DNA of 64,000 nucleotides. Origin: Kudoa neothunni (lineage: Eukaryota; Animalia; Cnidaria). The stretch lies in contig OZ199838.1 of the NCBI GenBank assembly GCA_964304625.1, forward strand, positions 16,145,731-16,209,730. The letters are read 5' to 3'. A program made the position numbers and the translations under genes. The notes under the pieces were generated by a model that was not told the origin of the DNA, did not search any database, and saw only the letters and a list, made by a program, of their open reading frames with translations. How positions within the stretch are numbered: the first letter of the stretch is position 1; every line of letters begins with the position of its first letter. This document shows positions 41,472 through 56,084 of the stretch, in pieces.

Positions 41472-42912
41472 ATTTTTAGTAATATTAAAGTATTCGGCAC
41501 CTAAAAAACGTCCTCTTGTGCATGTTTTTCACGATTCTTGATAATAAGATGAAAGAATACGGAGATAAAAAATTCAGCTCAAAATAATGACTTTAAAATT
41601 ATAAGAATTTTTCATCCAAACGCAGTCGGATACACGTGTAACCTCCATCTTCTTTCAGCAAACATTGAATTGTTCTCTAACTCGTTTTGAAAATCATTCA
41701 TAAATTGGTTTCATTTCGTATTTTTTATCGTATAAAAGAAAATTTTTACGATGTTAAATTTATCTATACATGTTTTTATTAGTTTTTAAATATGAATGGT
41801 TTTAAACAAGAAATTAACCACATGCTCTCAAAATGCATTTTCTTATAACTTGTGTTTCCTTTCGTGCTTACTCAGACTTAGAATAAACACACACGCGGCT
41901 TGTTCAGGTCTGACAATAAAACAATATAGAGCTTACTTAACAAGGTGATGAAGCAGCCGTTAATTTATATAATAGTTATAATCTCCAATAGAACTGATAA
42001 TTTTTTTTTAAATAAATCAACACTATATTAAAGATAAGCATTTAATTTTAAAAGGTAAATATCATGAGGTCGATTATATGATGTTATTACTTTATTAGAG
42101 GATATTTTACGTGTGTGTTTATTCTAACATTCAACAAACGTAAACATGTTGTTATTATACCTTCAAAGAATTTATATTTCTATAAATATATCAGTTTTAG
42201 TCAATTATACGTGTACTGACATTAATAACTTTAGTTATTATATATATTTTTATATCTCGTAATATTCTCAATTCGCATTTTTTGGAGAATTATTTGTTAC
42301 CAAACTTTGACATATAAAAAAACTTAAAAAGAAATAAAAATATCGCTAAGTAATTTTTTTCCAATATTATACAAACACTGCAGGGTAAAACAAATTAATA
42401 TCATCATTTTTTAAAATTAAGTTTCTGAATTTTAATAATAAAAATTGAATAAATTCTTAATTTCTCGAAAAAAATTAAATCTAAAAAATTATAAACTAAA
42501 ATAAATCTTACTACATTAACATCGATATTTGAAAGTTCATAAAGTATTTTTATCTTAGCGAAAAATGAGATGTTTTTGTGAAATTTGAAAATAGTTTATT
42601 TTCCAAATTAGTTTATAAAATTGTTAGATATCAAAGGAAAAAAATCTAAATAGTAATAATAAATAACTTTTGAGTTAATAACTAAGATGGAAACATAAAA
42701 ATTTAATGTTAGATGAAAAAAAAGATGGAGATTAAACGTGTAGCCGACCATATTCGGATAATTCTCAAAATTTTGAAGTTATTATTTTCAGCTAAATTTT
42801 TGCATTTCATATTCTTTTATTTTATTATCAAGAATCGCGAAAAAAGAAATGCGAAAGAATATGTATAAGGGGATGTTTTTTAGGTTCCGCATACTTTACT
42901 ATTACTAAAAAT
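41472..42912. mobile_element. Same long-TIR MITE, copy 2, inverted, nested in hAT H2
   Basis: TIRs tttttagtaat..aaagtattcggcacctaaaaaacg / taggttccgcatactttactattactaaaaa. The interior is the reverse complement of 17400-18270. Confidence 0.8.
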
Positions 42913-43114
42913 GTGATTGACTACTTATTTTAGTGATTCTTTGTTTAAAATTCAGCATCAACTGATAATAGAAGCTAAATTATAACAATTAAAAAATAGA
43001 TTTTTAACAATATTAAACAAGGTTCATGCGCCAAATTAGTTAAATAAATCATCCGTTAATTGGGTAATCTTTGTACTATTTATCTAAATACTCTGATTTC
43101 ACTTTGAACATCAA

Positions 43115-43192
43115 ATGACCTTGGCCTACTCAGGGTTTTAGCCCGCGTGGTCAGGCAAGGAAGCCCATGCGAAGCGGGGCTTTTGCACTAGT
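43115..43192 (+). mobile_element. Helitron-like 3' terminus
   Basis: GC-rich hairpin aagccc-atgcgaagcg-gggctt followed a few nt later by CTAG|T (43188-43192), the canonical Helitron 3' signature. No 5' end identified. Confidence 0.6.
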
Positions 43193-43224
43193 TAACTAAT
43201 ACAATATATGCAAATTTTATAATG

Positions 43225-46200
43225 GTGGGTTTATATATTAACTATTTTTAGAAATTTAGTTTTTTAGGCCAAATAGTGACACTGAAGAAGGTTAAAATTA
43301 CTAATATTTGTAAACTTGTCGCCTCCATAATCAATGCAATGAATGCATAATAATTTATATTTATAATTTCTCATTATATAAAATTAAAAAAATTACGGCA
43401 TGTTTTCTTGTAAATTCAATAAATTTAAATATAACAGTAATACCAGATTTTTTCAAATATAACTTACCATTATCCAATATTAATATTTTTCAATATTTCT
43501 GATATAATAAATAATTTATCCTGATGATGGTTTATTTTCCTTTTAATTACTTAAAAGGTTTGTATTAAAATATTTAGTGTATTCTTTTATATAGATAAAA
43601 ACGAAAAATTAATATTTTGAAATATTTTTTATTATCGTAATATTTACTTAAAGTAATAAAAATATTACGTGACAAGTGATATATAAATAACACAATTTTT
43701 CAGATTAGCATATAATTAATAATTTCCCCAACAGATTATCCTATTATATATGAATAGCTATTGATTATTAAAGTTGAATAAGTTTAATAAAATGAATCTT
43801 TTTACGAAACAATATAATAATCAGCTTAATTATTAGTTTTTATTGTTTACATAACAACGAAGTTCTATAATCAAAAAAATGAGACAGAGATATTTTGCTA
43901 TATTATGCCTTTTTGTTTTCACAGGTAATCCCTCCAAATAAATATTATTCTTATTTTTTTAGTTTTTCACTCTCAGTATGGCTTCAAAAATGATATCGAT
44001 AATAATATAATGAAATTAAAGTTTTCAAGCGATGATAAGAAATATCATGTTTCACTTTCAGGTTATAATATCGAAAATAGCCACAGAAGATGTGTTCTTC
44101 AATATTATGATAATGCCGAACAAAGACTTAAAAACATTCCTTCGTGTAATATTCATATACCTAGCGCACCTGAGAATGATGCAGCTCAAATGTGTGCTTA
44201 TGAATGCATTAAAGTTACATTGAAATTCAGCGCGGATGAATTTAAAAAAGTCAAATATTTTAAGTGGTGCCAAGGAAAAAATGACGAGGACGCTAAACGT
44301 TGTCATGTTAAAAGATCTTTTTCAGTCAGAGGTATTTTAGAAAATTATATATAATTTAACGTTTTATTAGATATTTACTTAAAAAGTTATTTAAAAGCGA
44401 CTAAAGGAATTGATGAATTCACTGTTACGGTTAAAAGCAAAAAAAATAATGCATTTACTTCAAAAATTGATGGAAAACAAGAAGATCAGGTTCTAGCAAC
44501 TGAAGGCTTTTATGATGAAAAAAATATAACATTGTACGCTAAATCACATGGTTTAAAATACGCCATAGAATTTACAAATAATTCACCAGAAATTCAGTTA
44601 AACCCCTTAAAGCCAGTAGAAGATTGGTTTATTTCAACTGGATTCAAGCATAATGATGAGGACCAATATTATTATTCTATAATTCTTCGAAACCCATTAC
44701 CTTCGAAAATGTGTTATTTTGGAATAAAACATATGGATGACTCGCTGTTTTCCTCTTCCTGCTCTGATATGAACAAAGCTGGACCATGTCTCCAACCTTG
44801 TCACAAAGCAACATTAATATACCAGAAAAAATTGAAATTTGCACAAGTAATGGTTAAATCATATGACAACCCAACATCAAAAGAATTTATTCAAACTGTT
44901 ACATGTAACTATTGTAAATTTTAATGCACTTTTTAACACAAAGTTAGTTAAGAATGCCCAACCTGAGGCAACGACTACGAATAATCAAGCAACTATTCCT
45001 TTAACTAATTTAAATATGAATGAAGATGACACCACTGGTCCAACCGCTTCGGCAATTATCGAAATTAAAATAATAAAGAAATTTCTTGGAATTAGCTCTA
45101 CTTGGAAAGTCGTTACATGTACTGACGAATGTACTACAAATTCTTGCCCAATAACTATTACCTCATTGGACGATCTAACAGAATACGTTCTCAGAGTTAA
45201 AATATCTGGATTAACAACGTTGGATTCTTCTGAAGTTAATTATTATCATAGATATTTTTATTTCAAAACAAAAGGTACTAATGTATGTTTACTGTTGCTT
45301 TTATATTCACGAGTAGGAAAGGAATTTCCAAGATCAAAGAGTATTACCTTCGCTACAGTAGCAAATGAACACACAAAATTATCTGTTACCACATCGAATC
45401 TTTTCATTGATGGGACTAATACGAATACTAAATGTCTGTTATATTACTCAACGATATGGACTGATCCTTTGAAACTTCCTGCCACCTGTGAACAGGGTGG
45501 CAAAAAACAATTTTGTTCAGACAAGTGCACTAGCACTTTCATTGTAGTAAACCTTGACCCAAAGACCAACTATAAATTTACTGTTTGCTCTGAAGGTTAC
45601 ACATGCTTTGAGAATACCACTGAGAGGGATAGTATAATTTATAATTTTGTTAAATAATAAATATTTTTTCATAGCAACTGGTGTAACGTCCACAGTTACA
45701 TCTGAATACGAGAGCTCAACCAAAACAACAAAAATTACTATAAGTGGTCAGAGCGGAACTGTTGAGAGAGAGTGGAGATATTTACTAATAGAAAAAATTT
45801 CTAAAATAACAGTTATTGATTGCTTGAATTCTGAGTGCAAACTAAAATTATCATCTGACGCTATAAGTTTTGAAGGGGATGTTATCAATCCTTACCTTGT
45901 GTACAACCTAGTTCTATTTAAAAAAGATTATTTTGAGTCGATGATATTTGAAATACCAAGTATTTCTCGATTATTATAAAGCTTGATGTTTTATAGGTAG
46001 GCGTTGGGACGTGGAAATCACCGGCCCCAAAATTATACGATACGATAAATCAACTCAAAAATATAAAATAATATTTACTGAGATTCTAGAAAGTGGAAAC
46101 GGTAAAGAATGTATGGTAAAAAAATTTAATTCGGAGAAAAATAAATACGAAGATGCTGGTGAATATGGTGAACCAATAAAAAAAACATGTGATCAACTGT

Positions 46201-49200
46201 CAAGCAAAGAAAATATTAATATTGACATTTCACATAATTTGAATTATATTTCTGTTACATACGAACATACTGAAGAATCGAAGGAAGGAACTTTAACATC
46301 AATAATCCAGAATCTCCAAGTTTCTAGGTCAATTTTATTTCGAGACGTTAAGAGTCTCCCAGTAATTTCTAAAATGAGAAAAATTAAAAAAAGGTCAGTA
46401 GAAGAAAAATTAGATCTGAAAAAGGATGCACAAAGTAATCCGCCGGCATCAGAAAAACCTAAGAAGGAAGAGCATCCAAAAACACCTATACTAATTAAAT
46501 TTCCCAAAGGACGAGTATATTCAATTTTTATAGGTAAAATATAATTAATTCATTATTATAATTATTATTTAAGATTATTACGAGGAGATAACATACACTG
46601 CATCACATGATGGTGGAAAAATAAAATTAGGTTCGAATAGATGTTCATTAAACTGCGGCGCCTATAAAGATAATGTCCATGATTCATCTGTAGAAGAAGC
46701 AAAATCAAGTTCCGACGGTAACTGCAACTTCAAAAGCTACTCAATAACATTTACAGAATTGGTCGAGGACTATTATATAAGCTGTCCTGAACATTTTGAT
46801 TTTCATTACTATTACGATAATAGTTTCGTAAAAAACCACGCTCCTATATTTAATCGTTTTTACTATGAATTGGCTGTTGAGGAAGACAAGAAACAATTCG
46901 AAATAAAATTAGTCAACAAAGAACCATCTGAAATATGCACTTTTGAATGGATAGACACGACAAGCTCATCATCTCTCCAATATTTTTCGAGTGATTGTAA
47001 AAACAAAGATAACTGCTATTATGGCTTGTGTAGTGATATGCGGTTTGAAAATGTTGTAGATACAGTAAAGGCAGTAAAAATACGTGTTCTCAAACTAGGA
47101 ATGTTTCCTGTTATTGGCTACCAAAACAACGTTTATTTATGTAATTATTTTTATTTAAAAATTAAATTATTTTAAACATAGTAAAACATGGAAACGACTT
47201 ATCTGTCATCACCTCAGATAGTAATGTAAAAATTGATATTAGTAATAATAAGAAGATGGAGGATGGTCGACAAGTTACTGGTTCTAACCCCGTGGAGTGT
47301 ACGTTAATGAATTGGAATACGTATGCACCATTAGTTAACGAAAAGGATAGAATAAATATCTCTACTCCAAATTGTATCTTTGGAGAATTAAAAATATCGC
47401 CAGTTCCAAAAACTTTGTCAAATGATATTATGGTCATAGTAACAAATATTCCTAACTATACACCGAGGAAATATTATTACCATAAAATTAGTATGATTTT
47501 GATTATATTGTAATAGTTATTTATTCATTATTTAGCTCAAGTAAATGATCTAATTCCCGGAACTGTTACTGTCACTGCAAACGGATTCATGCTCACTCCA
47601 CATTCGCAAGAAACAACGAGCATATGCAATATCTACATTAAAGAAAAAAAGGCAACAGAGTATTATCCCGCTACATGTTCACAAAACACATTATGTGTTG
47701 GTAATTGCAAAACCTCATTCACAATTGAGGGACTCTATGCTGGTACTAGCTACGATATAAAGATTATACCTAGTGGAGATTATAATGTTAAAACCATCGC
47801 AAATCAGCAGACATGTACATATATTAAGTATTTTAAATGATTGGATTAATTTTAGCTGGTAACATTGTAAAATTCGAGATTTCCAGTGATTCTACTAAAA
47901 ATAATCTTAAAGTTATATCGACAGGAAGTATTATCCCAAGCGATACTGACTGTTACTATCAACTTTATAAGCATGAATCAGATACTAGTAATTAATACTT
48001 TTTAATTCATGATTAAAACAATTTAGCTTCCCCAACAACAATATCAAAGTCATGTGTTGGATGTATATCGGGAGACGAACTTAAGAAATGTAATGATATG
48101 CAGTTTGATTCCACAGTGTATAATCATAACAATAATTACCGCTTATTGATATATGCAAAAGAAAAAATAGCACCATTTAAACTTGACATACCAGGTTATT
48201 TGACGTAGATATACGTTTTGTATATTTATGTAGCATTTTCAAGAATGGGAATGATTAAACAAAAATTTATGGCAGCTACTGGCGATGACATGGAAAAATT
48301 ATCTGTAACATTATCGGGGTTTACAAATAATTTTAAATGTTCCATAAAAATTTCAAATTTCGAGCCTGTTCCCACATTTGCCAAGCCGACATGTTCATCT
48401 AATATTGTCGAAAACGACTGTATTATAGATTGCAGCCGGAGTGATTTCGAAATTGGACATATTAACTCAAAAGTTGATCGTTACATTTTGATTTGTTATG
48501 GGTCAAACAATGATAAAGCAAAAATATGCAGGTCACCTTCTGTTTATGCCATAAAAATGGGTATATTCATTATTAACGTGCATTATTATTTATGATCATT
48601 TTACAAATTAATCAATTTTTTAAGATTACTCGCAAAAAAATACGTACAAACTGGCATATGAGGAGGGGGGAATGAAATTTTCATACAAAACAACATCAAA
48701 AACAGATTGGATTGTTACAGTAGATGGCAGAGAAGATACTTTTAGTAACACAGAAAAAGAAATGTTGAATCATTCAAATTATTTGGACGCCCCAGTGGAA
48801 AAATCTGGCGTTTTTTCGATTGATAGATATATGAACTTTTATACAATTAATTCCACACTTTTGTGGCCGGGAATCATTTATTATACAAACAACACGTTTT
48901 TGAATACAACAACCCCAATAATGTCCCAAATTATTTATTCTATTTCAGCAGTTGATGGAGACAACAAGAAAATTAATATTACATTCTCTCCCGGACCTCA
49001 CAATAATGAAATGTGTTATATCAAAGCTTTTGAAGTTGGTACTAGTGGTGATGACAATGAAAAGATATTAAATGAATGTGGAGTTGGGTTGGGCGGTTGT
49101 TATCAACTTTGTCAAGATGGAGTGATTAATTTAACACAGCAATATAATAAAATCGGAGTAATCGTTAAAAGACGATTTGATAAACAAGAGTTCAAAGAAT

Positions 49201-50805
49201 ACTTTAAAAGTAATTAAGAATTATTTTAAAAATTTTATTTTCTTTAGAGGGAGACACTGGATTTTCATTGGATGGAATTTCTAGCGCGAGTGTAACGCTC
49301 AAGGGGCTGGGAGTTTATAAAACTATTAACAAAGAAAATTTGACTCCTGCCTGTACTATTTATATAACGATGGATAATAAAGTTTCCGAAAAAAAGCAGG
49401 CTAATTGCGACACAAATCAATGCAACACTGATTGTGATCCGTCGTACACCATTACTGATTTAAATCCCGGAACAAGTTATATAATTTCAGTTAAAATTAC
49501 AAATTTGGGATTTACTGGGGATTATATAAGGAAAATGAAATTTAGAACATGTAAATACAGAAAATGTTATAATTTTTTCGATATAATTTAGTGGATGGAA
49601 CAACGTTATCTGCATCTGGAAAAGAAATTAAAATGAAGTCAGGCGTGGCTTTATTAACACCATTCAGTGATGATCCTTCCTTGCCAATTTGTAGAATATA
49701 TATAAAGAAAGAAGGTCTACCACATCCAAAATATATGGCCACGTGTGATGAAATAGGAATTTGCGAACATAGATGTAGCAGTGAATTCAAGATAAATAAT
49801 CTTGAGATAGGAAAAACCTATAAAGTAATTGTTGAACCTACCGACGGTAATCAGCAATCAATTTATAAAATCAAAAGAGGTATTTTTAAAAAATGATTTA
49901 TTTAACTAAATTTTTTGTAGAAAATGTTGAAACAACCATTACATATAGTTTTAACCATGGGAGCGACTTAAAGATTACTGTTAATTTTAATGAAAACAGA
50001 GATAGTTCTGTGTGCCCCTTTATGCTTCACGAGAAAACTGAAGCGGATGGGAAGAGACCAACAATTGTTTGGTGTAATGATGATGAAGATTGTTCGGCTA
50101 ACAAGTGTGTTATCGATATCAATGGGTTATCAAAGGAGAATAATTACATCTTGAATGTGAAAGTGAAAGACATTTCATTATATAAAAAACATGATATTCC
50201 ATGTAATTAGTTTTATTATTTTTATGTTATAAAATAATAATATTTTAATGATACCAATAAAAGATGCAAGAATTATAAAAGCATTAAGGTGATAAAATTC
50301 TGTGTACTTTTTAATAAATGTTTTCTAGTAAATTCATATATTATATAAATTTTGTCAAAATTCATATTAGAAGAGGAAAATTTAAGGAGTGAATATTCGA
50401 ATATTGATATAAACGATATAGTTCAGAAAGTGATAAAAAAGATTGAAGAAGGGTACATAATTTTATTTTATTATATTTTCTAATATTTGATTAGTAATTA
50501 GTATTTTTGTGATAACTTTGGCGTTATAAAATAATTAGAGAGTAAAGATCTGCATGAGCATACCATAGCAGAAAGTCGAAACTCGTAAATTCTTTTTTAT
50601 CTACACATTTTAACTCGTTCATAGATCACTGAATAGCTACATGTAAATATTTATACGACGATTTAATAATATTTTTTAGTTTATATGCTATGATACCGAT
50701 TGGGACAGTATTATTAGTTGTGATAGGTATCGGTATAAGAAAGAAATTATCCATAGATACAACTTATGATTTGTAACAGATATATTCGAGATTATTTCAT
50801 TATTC
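43225..50805 (+). repeat. Tandem segmental duplication unit 3 (family 1 gene only)
   Basis: Homology to units 1 and 2 ends at ~50805 (after gattatttcattatt); no minus-strand family 2 copy follows. Confidence 0.85.
43879..50210 (+). CDS. Family 1 copy C, apparently intact; 3' end uncertain
   Basis: ATG at 43879 gives MRQRYFAILCLFVFT. Exons are collinear with B, and the frame is open at the four positions where A is broken. Confidence 0.85.
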
Positions 50806-53800
50806 ATTGGAGAGATTTCTTATTACTAAATATGTAAACATCCACCTAAGTCATTGTTTCCCAATCTTGTGTAACAAAAAATTTCCCCGAATAATTCGGA
50901 AATCGCAGGAAAAAGCGTATCCATATTCTGTAGGATATCTAAGGTAGAAAATATTATTTTAACTTTCGGAAACGAGATATATTGATCTAATATAAATAGT
51001 ATATTGATTAACATAACATGTTGTTTTGCGAGTAGCAAATCATATTTCGAGATAAAATCGGTATAAAACATACCTCACCATGGGACATGAAAGGATCAGC
51101 ATGTGTTTTATTTAGGCGATACTCAATATTTCGTTCGTTTCTTTTTGGTGTATATGAGAAACCTTTTAAAAAGTAAAAATTTGCAAGTTAATTTTTCTCT
51201 CCATTCAATTTAAGACACGATTCATTAATTATTGCACTTGTTTAATTTCATGGTACAAATTGATTTTTCTTTATAATTTGTTCTATTTTTAATTAATTAA
51301 AATTTGAATAAAACTATTTATAAATTTTATTTTAATTGAAGGGACATGTTTGGGAGATACAAATCATATTAAAATTAGCTATTTAAACTTGAAGGAGTTT
51401 TCAACCCTTCAGTTCACACGCTGAATTAATAAGCCTAATCTAGACTTTTGAATCATTATTTATCTGGTATTCATATCTAGAAAGGATTGTATGAGATAAT
51501 GACATCAATTTATAATAAATCAGACATTTGATTTATACCAAAAATGTGTTCATATTCACTTCATGAAAATATATTCCGCACTATCCAAATTAAATTTGTT
51601 ATCTCATCCTTATAAGCGAGTAACATCATATAAAATGGACGAATAATTCATTAAAATATTTTATCACGAAAAATTTTAGAAAAATATTAATTATATATGA
51701 ATAAAGTATATTTTAATTAATAAATTAAAAACAATGAATAGCACAAAATTATTACCTGTGTGATTAAAACACTATTGATTTTTCATAACTTATTGAATAA
51801 AGAAAATGAAATAGTTATGACCACTGATTGAAAATAATGAATATAAATAACCTCCAAAGCTAACTGAGAATTATAAGAATTAAATTACATCCTAAAAATA
51901 TCAATATATGAAATATTTACAAGAGCATTTTAATTATATACAATTGATAAAAATATATTTTAATTTTATCATTACAAATTATTTAGTGACTTCGCCGTTC
52001 GACAAAATGTTCCTAATAGTCTCACGTTATTGCAATAAATCTAGCTGCTAGGCAACTAAATTTACACTCCTTTGAAGGTGCTCATCTTAATTGGAAAAAG
52101 CCTTGTTCTAAAACGAATAAGTATCGGATTCGTGCAAAAAATCTCATATTGTTCGGGACACCCTACAATAATATCACAATAATATTTTACTCTTGTTTAT
52201 GCTGATATTTTTAATAATGAGCCCAACATTGCAAACCAAAATATTTAAAGAAAATAATTTTAATTTTCAATCCGTATATTACAAAATATCTCATATTTAA
52301 ATATTAATTTTTTAAAATTAAAATTAAAAAAATTTATTATTCGACTAAAATACTTTTAAATTCCAGAAGAATTAATAGGTAATGGCAAATTATATTCGAA
52401 TGAATTCAGTAAGTAATTAAATTTATTAAATTTACAAGAAAATATACCTAAAAATATTCGTTATATTCTTATTAATGGATATAAATTACAAATAAAAATA
52501 ATAATTGTCCGTTGAAATGAATATTGAAGCAAATAATTAACAAATACTGCTAGTTTCTAACGTTTAGATATAATTAATGCAAAAAGAAAAAATCCTCTAA
52601 ATTTAAAAATAATTTTTAAGACTTCTAAATTTATATTTTAAACATAAAGTAAAATATGATGAACTGATGAAAATAATTCATAAACATAAATGATAAGTCG
52701 ATAAATGAAAAGCTTGAGGGTTTAATAATAGTTTAAAAGTCAGTATTAAGGTTTAGGAAGTCCCAGTAAAATTAATGCAAAATAATATTTAAAAATAAAT
52801 ATATTATGAATAATTATTATAAAAGTATTCAAGTTCATTTGCTAAAGAGTTTCATTATATATAATAACGGATAAAAATACCATATAAAACTTAATGGTGT
52901 TAACTTTAAATTATATACAAAATGGCAATATTTTCATGTGCACATGTTATTTTTTAGAAAAAACGTGCGCCACGTCTAAAAAAGATTAAGGAAGTACCGC
53001 CTTAGAAGGTTGTACTTGAACCTATTACGTCATAACTTGTAAGTATTGGAATGAATTCTAACCATTGAATGAATGACTAAATAATAAATTTTTTATACTC
53101 TCATTATATCATTTATTATATGAAATGCGTTCATTATAATGTACGGTTGACTCTATATTTATATTTTTCGCAAATAAAAAGTTAGACCTCTTGATTCATT
53201 CTTTCGACAGAGAAGTATAATATTCCTTTACGAATAGTTTTCCTACCGAACCAATTTAAGCAAAAATAAAGATTACAAATCCAGAGAAATAAATTGTATT
53301 TCCTCATTTTCATACCGCATGTAAATAGCTAATTAAAATATTACAAACCTTTGGAAAATCAAGTGCCACTCCACACATGTACTTCAGGTATTTTTTTACA
53401 ATTTTAACATGATTAACTCCATAAACTCTTACAAAAATAAATATTTTTAAATTTATTCTTTTATATTTATGTAAAAAATTTAATTTTCACTCTGAAAAAT
53501 TTCATAAAATGATATATATATTTTTGGGAATCACCCTTCGAATATCTTCACCTGCTATTTTTTCTAAACCCATGTATAACTTCAATCTATTTAGATGATT
53601 TTCCTAATCCAAAATATTTTTCCACTAGAATTTTTTTTGCATATTTTTTTTACTTAGTATCAGTTGATAACATTTTAATTAGAAATGGGTGCCAAAGAAC
53701 CCGTTATTTTCAATACTATTTCTATTGCATATAATCACACCATATATATTTTTTTCAAGGTAATTTTTCTTTTCAAGCTAGTATCAATTCCCGAAATAAA

Positions 53801-54554
53801 ATAATTTTTGAGGTAAGACTTTGTTTTATACGATAAATCATTTAATATATATATTAAAAAAAAGTGAATGAAATCATAACCTCACACATATATAAAAATA
53901 TTAACCATAAATTATTTATAGAATGATTCGATTAAGTATTATTTGGTTAGATATTATCTTTTAGACATAAATAGTTTTGTATCCATCAAAATCTACCCAC
54001 CTCCTTATAGTTTTATTAATTTTTATATTTGTACTCACGATTAAACGTAATATCATTGTTGTTTTCAATATGAAACAAAAAATGACAAATTTTAATGTCT
54101 ACTAATTCCTCATTTGTTTTTTCATATAAATTAATTGGGTAAGATTATATATAAATAATACAATTCCATAGTTTTGATTAGTATGTTTTCTAAAATAATC
54201 ATCAAATATTGTAATTAAATTAAGAATCACAAAACAAGACATAATAATTAATGAGGATTTTTTGTAGCTGTCGAGAACAATATATCAAAAATGAATTTCT
54301 GACAAAAATTAATAAAACCGTAAAATAATAAGTTGGTAAATAATTTTTATTTACTCCAATTTTTCAGAAAATTAAAAAAATAATAGTAAAAATTCTGCCA
54401 ATAATAATGCAAATTTATCAATTAATTAAAGGGTAGCCGATGAATACAACATTACGTAATTTATTACTGATTGAAAGGCATTTATAAAACGTTTCAATGT
54501 TAAAGCAATTTAAAAATTCTTTTCACCATGCAGAGATCCCAAAACTAATGAACG

Positions 54555-54599
54555 TGCTACGGACTATGGGGTAAAGTTTACCCCGAGACCATTAGAGGG
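54555..54599 (-). mobile_element. Solo piggyBac terminus related to the 58868 element
   Basis: Its reverse complement ccctctaatggtctcggggtaaactttacccc resembles ccctctaacgatttttgggtaaattttacc at 58868. No partner end found. Confidence 0.6.
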
Positions 54600-56084
54600 T
54601 TATTTATTTCTTATTATGCAAAAGTTATAAATTTATTTAAAAAATACGCACCAATTTACATTTTTTAATTGTATTGGGTATATCAACGGATATTTCTAAT
54701 CTTGAATAAATCCACGCTTGTGCGATTACCATTTGTAACATCAACAAATCTTATTTATAATAAATGAATTAATTTTTATAAGAATTCGATATATTTAATT
54801 ATTTTTCGAACATTCATGCCAATATTAATGGCATAAAATAATTAAGCACAATGAAAAATACATTCACCTCAAAATAATGGTCCGCCATCTTAGCCACATC
54901 CAAAATTAATTTAAGTAATCATTGTCTATTACTATTACCGTTAGATATAAATTGTTTTCACACAGTAAAATTTAAAATTGCTTGAAAATATTATTTTTGA
55001 AAATAAAATTATAAAATAGACCTCTAAAAAAATTTATCATTAAATTCAATATAAAATGAATAGTTATTTTATCTGTGACAATTTATTCATTTGAAAATTA
55101 TCAGATAATAGGATTATTCGATACACCCATAAATTAACTTTAAATATATACAAATAAGGAAGTTTGGAATTTACTTTATAACTCTTTAAAAATTTCTTAT
55201 TCAGTAAAATTAATTCGGTGATATATAATATATTTAAATAATAAGTTTTCGCATTGATTGATCATATAATATCTTCAACATTAGTATAAAGAATGAATTT
55301 ATTTGATATTCAACAAATAAATGTCGAAAATATGGTCATCTTATACATACAAAGTTAGAAAATGTTGTAATAATTATTTTAATTCGATGACTTAAAATCT
55401 AATAATTTTCTTGAAAATTAGAAAATAAGTGGCATAGTTACATAACCATATAAAAAAAATGTTTAAAATATAAATATTAAATAAAAAAACACGAAATTAT
55501 ATAAGGAATGCTAAACTTTATCGTGTTCTATGCACACGAAAATATATCAATGTTTTCGACATTATATCTAATCCATAAAGTAAGAACAAAATATTTTAAC
55601 CAAAATAATATTTTGTATCAGTCACATATATTGATGAATTTAAATTAGATTAAAAAGTTAATTAGTTTTTTCCTAATTGTTAATAAAATTACTATCATTT
55701 TATATATTAATAATAGTTAATTTTGCGCCAAATAGATAATAATTCTTTACATTATTAGTCAAATATATACATATATGAAATTTTAAAAAGTATTGTAAAA
55801 TATTTTGAAAAATAATAAGGTAAAAATTAAATTCTATTTAATTTGACTATAGAAAACTATTATTTTTATAAAAGTAGGATTCGCAAATAAATATTTGGAC
55901 GGTGGGATAAAGCTATTAATGAGGAATATTAAAAATAATTGCATCATTAATGTTCGTGTTTAAATACAAAATTAATACCACCAAGCATTGTGCATAGTAG
56001 AAGCTATTACTTGAGTTAAAAGTAAAATATTTGCTATAATGTTTTTTAATTTAAAAATACAATTACTTATATCATACATACAAG

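Noticed and set aside
50826-51071. 81-aa minus-strand ORF with FPAISELF, faintly like a hAT C-terminus
   Set aside because: Lacks the ERxFS motif and termini; insufficient support.
53300-53400. VHVWSG-like fragment reminiscent of a Tc1 transposase
   Set aside because: Too short, interrupted by stops, and no TIRs found.
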